Below are positions 26,197 to 32,000 of a DNA stretch of 32,000 nt, in pieces. The notes beneath the pieces were generated by a model, which made no database searches, was not told the origin of the DNA, and worked only from the letters and a program-made list of their open reading frames with translations. Numbering within the stretch: position 1 is the stretch's first letter; the number at the start of each line of letters is the position of its first letter. The position numbers and the translations under genes were made by a program. Source of the stretch: Desulfoglaeba alkanexedens ALDC (GTDB lineage: Bacteria; Desulfobacterota; Syntrophobacteria; Syntrophobacterales; DSM-9756); NCBI RefSeq assembly GCF_005377625.1, contig NZ_CP040098.1, positions 2,499,279 through 2,531,278 on the forward strand, read 5' to 3'.

Positions 26197-27705
26197 ATGA
26201 GACTGGAACAGTTCCCTCAGAACGTGCGCGAACACATCCTGCCGCAACCGGCGGGGACTTACCGCTACCGGTGCTACACGTGCCAGGCCGAATACGGTAT
26301 CGAGACCCTCCTCTACACCTGTCCGGAATGCCGCGGCGTGCTCATGATCCGTGACGTGGAATGGGAGCGGCTCAAGCAGGTTCCCGGTCCCAAGTGGCGC
26401 GAAATCTTCGACTACCGGAGCATGGTGACGGAACCGGCGCTTCGGGGCATTTATCGGTTCCACGAGTTGCTGGGTTCCATCCTGCCGCTGGACGCCGTCG
26501 TCTACCTGGGCGAGGGGCATACGCCCCTGGTCCGGGCCAACGCGAGGCTCCGTGACTGGGCGGGCATGCCGTTCGCCTTCAAAAACGACGGTCAGAACCC
26601 CAGCGCGTCCTTCAAGGATCGGGGCATGGCCAGTGCCTTCAGTTACCTCAACCACCTGATCCGATCCCGGCGGCTGGAAAAAGTCCTGGCGGTGTGCGCG
26701 TCCACGGGGGACACCTCCGCGGCTGCGGCGCTCTATGCGTCTTACCTGGTCGACGGGGTCACCTCGGCCGTGCTGCTGCCTCACGGCAAAGTGACCCCTC
26801 AGCAGCTGAGCCAACCCCTGGGAAGCGGGGCGCGGGTCATCGAAATTCCGGGGGTTTTCGACGACTGCATGAAGATCGTCGAGCACCTGGCCGACCGCTA
26901 TCCGGTGGCGCTCATGAATTCCAAGAACGCCTGGCGGATCCTGGGGCAGGAATCGTACAGCTACGAAATCGCCCAGGCCTGCGACTACGATGTGGGGCAC
27001 CTGGTCGTGGTGGTTCCCATCGGGAACGCGGGAAACATCACGGCGGTCCTCGAAGGCTTTTTGAAACTCCTGGATCTGGAGATCATCACGGCGCTTCCCA
27101 CCATCTTGGGGGTCCAGTCGGAACACGCCAACCCCGTTTACCTCTACTATCTGGAATCCGACCCGGCGCGGCGCACCTTCCGGCCGGTGACGGTGCGACC
27201 CAGCGTGGCGCAGGCGGCCATGATCGGAAACCCGGTGTCCATGCCCCGGGTGATCCGGCTGGTGGAACGGTACCGAGCCGTCGCCGGCGAACGGAGCGTT
27301 CAGGTGACGGAAGTGACCGAACAGGAAATCATGGACGCTATGCTCATAGCCAACCGAAACGGCCACATCGCCTGCACCCAGGGCGGGGAATGTCTGGCGG
27401 GGCTCAAGCGGGCCTTGCACGAAGGGCTGATTTCCGGCGACCGGGAAGCGGTGCTGGACGCCACGGCGCACGCACTCAAGTTCGCCGTTTTCCAGGAGAA
27501 GTATTTCGAAGATCGGTTCGAGCCCGATTTCGAGGTAACGCCCAGGGCCGAGCTGCGAAATGCGCCGATGCTGGTTCGGCCGCCGGAAGGGGTGGCTGAG
27601 CCGGTCCCTGGCCGTTCCATGGATCCCGATGCGTTTCGGCGATTCGTGGAGAGCACCGCCGCGGAAATCGCCGAACGGTTGAACCTGAAGGAAGTTCGGG
27701 GTTGA
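26197..27705 (+). CDS. thrC: Threonine synthase
   Basis: 502 aa, zinc-ribbon-like N-term (YRCYTCQAEYGI..YTCPECRG), YLGEGHTPLVRANARLRDWAG, KNDGQNPSASFKDRGMASAFSYLNHL (PLP Lys motif), VPIGNAGNITAVLEGF. Confidence 0.93.
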   Translation: MRLEQFPQNVREHILPQPAGTYRYRCYTCQAEYGIETLLYTCPECRGVLMIRDVEWERLKQVPGPKWREIFDYRSMVTEPALRGIYRFHELLGSILPLDAVVYLGEGHTPLVRANARLRDWAGMPFAFKNDGQNPSASFKDRGMASAFSYLNHLIRSRRLEKVLAVCASTGDTSAAAALYASYLVDGVTSAVLLPHGKVTPQQLSQPLGSGARVIEIPGVFDDCMKIVEHLADRYPVALMNSKNAWRILGQESYSYEIAQACDYDVGHLVVVVPIGNAGNITAVLEGFLKLLDLEIITALPTILGVQSEHANPVYLYYLESDPARRTFRPVTVRPSVAQAAMIGNPVSMPRVIRLVERYRAVAGERSVQVTEVTEQEIMDAMLIANRNGHIACTQGGECLAGLKRALHEGLISGDREAVLDATAHALKFAVFQEKYFEDRFEPDFEVTPRAELRNAPMLVRPPEGVAEPVPGRSMDPDAFRRFVESTAAEIAERLNLKEVRG

Positions 27706-27772
27706 GAAGGCCATGAGCTGTTCGAAACATTCCGGTCTGCGTCGCGGAGTCGGCGGCGCGGGGGAGGAAGGC

Positions 27773-28330
27773 ATGAGTTCCATACTGCCCTACAAAGACG
27801 TGTGGCCCAAGCTGGGAGACGAGGTCTTCGTGGCGCCCGGGGCCTGGGTGATCGGCGACGTGGTCGTGGGCGATCGCTCCAGCATCTGGTTCAACACGGT
27901 GGTGCGGGGCGACGTGAACACCATCCGCATCGGCTGTGAAACCAATATCCAGGACAACGCCTCGCTTCACGTGACGGAAATCCGCTTCCCGCTCATCATC
28001 GGGGACCGGGTGACCGTGGGACACCGGGCCGTCGTGCACGGCTGTACCGTCGAGGACGAGTGCCTGATAGGCATGGGGGCCATTGTCCTGGATGGAGCCC
28101 GGATCGGCAAGGGATCCATCGTGGCTGCGGGGGCGGTGGTGAGTCCGGGGATGGAAGTACCGTCCGGATGCGTGGTGATGGGCGTTCCGGCGGCAGTGAA
28201 AAAAGACTTGAGCGAGGAAGAAACGGCGCAGCTCCGGGAATCGGCCCTTCATTACGTGAAGCTTGCCGCCCACTACCTTCACCCTCAAAAGTGGCGGGGA
28301 GAAAGAAGCATAAAGGGATTTATCGGCTGA
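27773..28330 (+). CDS. Gamma carbonic anhydrase / hexapeptide-repeat acyltransferase-like protein
   Basis: MSSILPYKDVWPKLGDEVFVAPGAWVIGDVVVGDRSSIWFNTVVRGDVNTIRIGCETNIQDNASLHVT...GMGAIVLDGARIGKGSIVAAGAVV; ORF extends to 27713 with an alternative start. Confidence 0.92.
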   Translation: MSSILPYKDVWPKLGDEVFVAPGAWVIGDVVVGDRSSIWFNTVVRGDVNTIRIGCETNIQDNASLHVTEIRFPLIIGDRVTVGHRAVVHGCTVEDECLIGMGAIVLDGARIGKGSIVAAGAVVSPGMEVPSGCVVMGVPAAVKKDLSEEETAQLRESALHYVKLAAHYLHPQKWRGERSIKGFIG

Positions 28331-28340
28331 GGGCGGCCGG

Positions 28341-28385
28341 GTAGGGCGACGAAGTTTTGCGAATCGCGGGCAAGCCCGCTCCTAC
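28341..28385. repeat. Partial REP-like element
   Basis: gtagggcgacgaagttttgcgaatcgcgggcaagcccgctcctac after the gamma-CA-like gene. Confidence 0.7.
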
Positions 28386-28421
28386 CGAAAAAGGTAAACC
28401 CGGGCGGCCCCTCTCCGCTTT

Positions 28422-28592
28422 GTTCCCAAGCTCCAGCTTGGGAACACAAGCGTGCAGAAGCTCCAGCTTCGATATTCACCGCATCGCGATCAGCGTTGAT
28501 CTATCGAAGACCATGCAATCGTTGAAATCCTTTGCAGCGAGGCGAAGCTGGAGCTTCGCGGGCAGGGCGTTCCCAAGCCAGAGCTTGGGAAC
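28422..28592. repeat. Two composite GTTCCCAAGC-family repeats
   Basis: gttcccaagctccagcttgggaacacaagcgtgcagaagctccagcttcg (28422-28470) and gcgaagctggagcttcgcgggcagggcgttcccaagccagagcttgggaacg (to 28593). Confidence 0.88.
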
Positions 28593-28781
28593 GAGGGGAA
28601 AAGCGCCCCGATTGCGAAGCAGGACGGGATATGGTATGCGTGCTCGCAATGGATCAGGGGTTTCGGCCGGGGATTCGTTCTGCAATGGTTGAGCGGATGG
28701 ATACGGCGGGAATTCGTGGAAATCTATCCCGGTCCTCCGGATCGATGAGTTGCAGAGGCACGACGGGAAGAAGGGAAGCAG

Positions 28782-29195
28782 GTGATGCGGGAAAGGGATT
28801 GGGAGCCGTTGAAGTCCGAATGGAAGGCTTCGCTTGAAGCGGTCTGGAGGGCGGTGCCCAAGGCTTACCGGAACGAACGTTCCATGAAGCGGACGCTGCA
28901 GTGCCATCTTTTCGGGCAGTTGAAGGCGATGGGGTTGCAGGTGGTGGCGGACTATTATCCTCCCCGGATCGCTGATCATCCGGTGGACCTCCTGGCCTTG
29001 AACGATGCGGAAGAAATCGTCTATGCCGTCTGCTTCGACAGCCTTGTGAGCCTTTATGCGGTCAAGGGCCTCTCGAGCTTCGATGCCAGGCGCAAGGTCA
29101 TCTTCACCACCGGGCCGCTGGAAAAGAAGGTCGAAGAAAGCCGCTTTTTTTTGAAGCCCGGAATCGATCACGTGCATCTCAAACCGTTCGACTGA
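28782..29195 (+). CDS. Hypothetical protein
   Basis: 137 aa ORF with coherent composition and RBS-like gggaagcagg upstream; no family recognised. Confidence 0.65.
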   Translation: MMRERDWEPLKSEWKASLEAVWRAVPKAYRNERSMKRTLQCHLFGQLKAMGLQVVADYYPPRIADHPVDLLALNDAEEIVYAVCFDSLVSLYAVKGLSSFDARRKVIFTTGPLEKKVEESRFFLKPGIDHVHLKPFD

Positions 29196-29755
29196 GCGGG
29201 GAGACCCTGCGGAGTGTCGGCACAAGGGGCCTTGTATATTTGATAACAATCCGGAATGAATGACAATTTCCCCTTGACTTCCAACAACGTGCCGTGTCAT
29301 AGGAGTCAACAGATCTTTCGATTTCGGGTGACTCGAAGGTGTGTTTCGACGAAGCCACAGAAAGGAGGTGATATCGCTGGGTTAGGTTGTCATTCAAGCG
29401 TTTTCCTCTTATGAGTCTCTGTAGAAATCCCCTTTCGGCGACCTCTGAAGTGACTGCTGGATCGGAATCTCGATCGAAGTAAGCTTCTTCATCCCTTTTC
29501 GCGCCGCTGTTCTCTCTGCGATGGTTTCGGATTTTGATCCGCTTAATTCGTAGCCGTTCGTGTCGTTTCATCGTCCTTTAATGGAAACTTTTGGGTGCAC
29601 TTTTTATTTTTACTTGAACGAATGACATCCCGTGGGCACTTGGAAGGCCGCCTAACCGGGCGAGCTCCTTGGTTTTCATGGAATCGCTGCAGGGTTCGGC
29701 ACCGGAAATGGGGCGGTGGAGGGGTTGCAACCAAACAGCATGGGAGGTTTGACAC

Positions 29756-31021
29756 ATGGCAAGTGCTCAGCAACCTTTGGAGAAGGTACCCGCCAAAGCG
29801 TGGCAGGTGGTGATTGCGGGTATCGTGGTCAACCTTTGCCTCGGTTGTCTTTACGCCTGGAGTGTGTGGGTCAAGTATCTCACCGATGAGGCCCTCATGA
29901 CGCAGCAGGGCTGGGTGCCGCTCACGGCCGAGCAGGCGTCCAACCCGGCGTCTCTGTGTATCCTCTTCTTTGCACTCCTCATGATTCCCGGCGGCCGCAT
30001 TCAGGATCGGTATGGTCCCAAGATCGCGGCCAGCATCGGCGGCCTCGGCATCGGGATCGGGCTTCTCATCGCCGGTGCCACGAAGAGCTACACCGGGGTT
30101 CTGATTGGGTATGGCATTTTCGGCGGCATCGGGATGGGTGTGGGCTATGCGGCGCCGACTCCCGCCGCTCTGAAATGGTTCGGTCCTCACAAACGCGGCT
30201 TCATCGCAGGGCTTGTGGTGGGCGGCTACGGTCTGGCCGCCTTCTACGTGGCTCCCCTGGCGGACTGGCTCATCACCAGCTATAGCATGAGCACGTCGTT
30301 TTACGTGCTGGGAGTCGGTTATCTGATCGTGATCCTGATTGCGGCCCAGTTCCTGGCCTGGCCTGAACCTGGCTATGTCCCGCCGCAGCCTCCGGCCACG
30401 GCGGTGAGCGCGGCCAAGGCGGCCGCACAGACCCGCCATGACTGGAGTGCGGGCGAGGTGCTCCGGACGTGGCAGTTATATGCGCTGGTGATCATGTTCT
30501 GCATCAACACCCAGGCGGGGCTCCTGCTGATCGGTCACGCGGCCAAGATGATCTCCGTCGTTATGGCGGCGGGCTATCTGCTGGTTTCCTGGGGTGCCGT
30601 CTTCAACTCGCTGGGCAGGGTCGGAACGGGAATCATCTCCGACAAGATCGGCCGTAGCAACACCCTCATCCTGAACTACATCGCAGCCGCCGTGATCATG
30701 TTCCTCTTGCCGTATCTCTTTTCCATCAAGAACATTCCGCTGCTCTTTTTGGCCTGCGCCATCGGTTTTTGGTGCTACGGCGGCGGCCTGACGCTGTTTC
30801 CGTCGTTTACCGCGGACTTTTTCGGCCCGAAGAACCTGGGAATCAACTACGGCCTGGTGTTCGTCGGCTGGGGTCTCGGTTCGTTCATGCCCAAGCTGGC
30901 CGGCCGGATTTACGACCGTTACCAGAGCTACGATTATGCATTCTATATTGCCGGCGTCCTCTTGATCATCGGTATCGTGATAGCGCTGGTGACCAAGAGA
31001 CCGCGGTACTCGACCGAGTGA
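29756..31021 (+). CDS. MFS transporter, OFA (oxalate/formate antiporter) family
   Basis: 421 aa, ~12 TM segments, NLCLGCLYAWSVWVKYL, GGRIQDRYGPKIAASIGG, GIGMGVGYAAPTPAALKWFGPHKRGFIAGLVVGGYG; GGAGG RBS upstream of ATG. Confidence 0.92.
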   Translation: MASAQQPLEKVPAKAWQVVIAGIVVNLCLGCLYAWSVWVKYLTDEALMTQQGWVPLTAEQASNPASLCILFFALLMIPGGRIQDRYGPKIAASIGGLGIGIGLLIAGATKSYTGVLIGYGIFGGIGMGVGYAAPTPAALKWFGPHKRGFIAGLVVGGYGLAAFYVAPLADWLITSYSMSTSFYVLGVGYLIVILIAAQFLAWPEPGYVPPQPPATAVSAAKAAAQTRHDWSAGEVLRTWQLYALVIMFCINTQAGLLLIGHAAKMISVVMAAGYLLVSWGAVFNSLGRVGTGIISDKIGRSNTLILNYIAAAVIMFLLPYLFSIKNIPLLFLACAIGFWCYGGGLTLFPSFTADFFGPKNLGINYGLVFVGWGLGSFMPKLAGRIYDRYQSYDYAFYIAGVLLIIGIVIALVTKRPRYSTE

Positions 31022-31064
31022 TCTGAAACCGGCGCGGTTCGAAAGCGTAGAGACCGGGATCGGC

Positions 31065-31096
31065 AAAGGGGCGGGAGACAATCCGCCCCTTTTTTT
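31065..31096 (+). terminator. Rho-independent terminator after the OFA transporter
   Basis: aaaGGGGCGG-gagacaat-CCGCCCCttttttt: GC-rich perfect stem followed by T-run. Confidence 0.93.
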
Positions 31097-31266
31097 CGTA
31101 CGGCTCGGCCTGAGAAGGCATTTTGTGGACGAAGCGTTGAGCACTGTGCCCGCTACGACCGTGCCGATAGTTTACTGCAGCGAACTGGAAATGGAGTATG
31201 TAGCGGGGTTTCGACGGAAGAGGAGCTTCTCCGAAAACTCAGATGGATGCAGATCTTTTGCTTCTT

Positions 31267-31348
31267 GTTCCCAAGCTCCAGCTTGGGAACACAACTGTGC
31301 AGAAGCTCCAGCTTCGGTGAGGCCGTTCCCAAGTCAGGCTTGGGAACG
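31267..31348. repeat. GTTCCCAAGC-family composite repeats
   Basis: gttcccaagctccagcttgggaacacaactgtgcagaagctccagcttcgg then cgttcccaagtcaggcttgggaacg. Confidence 0.88.
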
Positions 31349-31427
31349 AGCGGAAACGAGGGGGAAGACCACTTCGAGATCCTGGCGAGCTCCCTAGAAA
31401 GACAGTGCGTTTCAGCTGTAGCAGGAG

Positions 31428-31554
31428 GGAAGCTGGAGCTTCCCGGGTAGGGCGTTCCCAAGCCAGAGCTTGGGAACGAGGGGAAGGAGCGACTCATGCC
31501 CTGTAGGAGCCGGCTTGCCGGCGATCCCGATCGCGGCGAGGGCGCCGCTCCCAC
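31428..31554. repeat. Composite GTTCCCAAGC-family repeat followed by REP-like element
   Basis: gggaagctggagcttcccgggtagggcgttcccaagccagagcttgggaacgag ... gtaggagccggcttgccggcgatcccgatcgcggcgagggcgccgctcccac. Confidence 0.85.
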
Positions 31555-31655
31555 AGATGGTTTACAACGCGGCGAAGGCGCCGCTCCCACGGGGATCTGG
31601 ATCGCGGCCTTTGCCTTGCCGTGCCGAAGGCGCTCAAGCGGGCGGCGCCCGCCGT

Positions 31656-32000
31656 TCACACCACCAGCACGGGTTCCCGAAGGATCGCTTCAATGGCCTT
31701 CTCGGCGGAAGCCGCGAGCCCGGGGTGAGTTTCCTTGAGGGATTCCACCTGGCGGAGGTGATCGGCGGTGCGGAGGACCACCATGGCCAGGTCCCCCTCG
31801 TCGATTCCGGAAAGATTTCGGACCGTATCCCAGTCTTCCCCCTTCGCCCAGTGGTACACTACCAGCACGGTCCAGAACGGGAGGGGAGGCGTCGTGAACC
31901 CTTCGTTTTGCAGCCGTTCGCGGAGTCGGTGCAGGACTTGAAGCAGCGTGAAGAAGGGTTTTGCGAGTTCGGGATACTTCCAGACAAGGGCGGACAGCTG
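31656..32000 (-). CDS. C-terminal part of a probable DEAD/DEAH-box (Ski2-like) helicase, truncated by window edge
   Basis: Open reading frame runs through position 32000: ...LSALVWKYPELAKPFFTLLQVLHRLRERLQNEGF...WTVLVVYHWAKGEDWDTVRNLSGIDEGDLAMVVLRTADHLRQV, resembling Mtr4/Ski2 C-terminal helical domains. Confidence 0.55.
   Translation of the reverse strand, partial: QLSALVWKYPELAKPFFTLLQVLHRLRERLQNEGFTTPPLPFWTVLVVYHWAKGEDWDTVRNLSGIDEGDLAMVVLRTADHLRQVESLKETHPGLAASAEKAIEAILREPVLVV

Noticed and set aside
25891-27783. 630 aa minus-strand ORF
   Set aside because: Mirror ORF antisense to the clearly identified threonine synthase; composition (His/Arg/Gln-rich) is typical of high-GC antisense translation.
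29630-29650. TGGGCACTTGGAAGGCC as a sigma-54 promoter for the OFA transporter
   Set aside because: Has GG-N10-GC spacing but poor match to both conserved blocks.
7215-31554. CRISPR array interpretation of the recurring ~24-30 bp repeats
   Set aside because: Repeats are dispersed across the window with no regular spacers, are palindromic throughout, and no cas genes are present.
31153-31659. 168 aa minus-strand ORF and similar peptides (FPSSSLGTQ, VPKLELGNK, CSQAGAWER)
   Set aside because: These are translations of the palindromic repeats, not proteins; same peptides recur at 3889-4239, 7246, 11335, 18260 and 28285.

Overview
The window is high-GC and looks like a chromosomal region of a deltaproteobacterial/Desulfobacterota anaerobe (Syntrophobacter/Desulfovibrio-like gene content). 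That placement is inference. From left to right it contains: (1) flagellar genes on the minus strand (fliK-flgD-flgE and motA-fliL-fliM), each set preceded by a near-perfect sigma-54 promoter; (2) a thiolase plus an HMG-CoA-synthase-like/DUF35 fusion protein; (3) an anaerobic cobalamin block on the plus strand (cbiD, cbiET fusion, cbiF, cbiG, cbiH); (4) an HDOD gene; (5) a minus-strand metal-cluster/ATPase neighbourhood resembling the Desulfovibrio 'orange protein' (ORP) locus: an ORP/NifX-like small protein, an Mrp/NifX-like fusion behind a sigma-54 promoter with palindromic upstream sites, a PAS-sigma54 activator, two MinD-type ATPases with inserted ferredoxin motifs, and a NifX-like protein with a GQGGGR tandem repeat and zinc ribbon; (6) a rubredoxin-like small protein, DUF554 protein, threonine synthase, gamma carbonic anhydrase-like protein, hypothetical protein, OFA-type MFS transporter with terminator, and the C-terminus of a probable helicase at the right edge. 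The most notable non-coding signal is a set of intergenic palindromic repeats of at least two families. One is a GTAG-starting REP/BIME-like element very similar to Pseudomonas REPs. The other is a modular 'GTTCCCAAGCTGGAGCTTGGGAAC' family with conserved composite architecture. No CRISPR array, tRNA, rRNA or obvious defence system was recognised.
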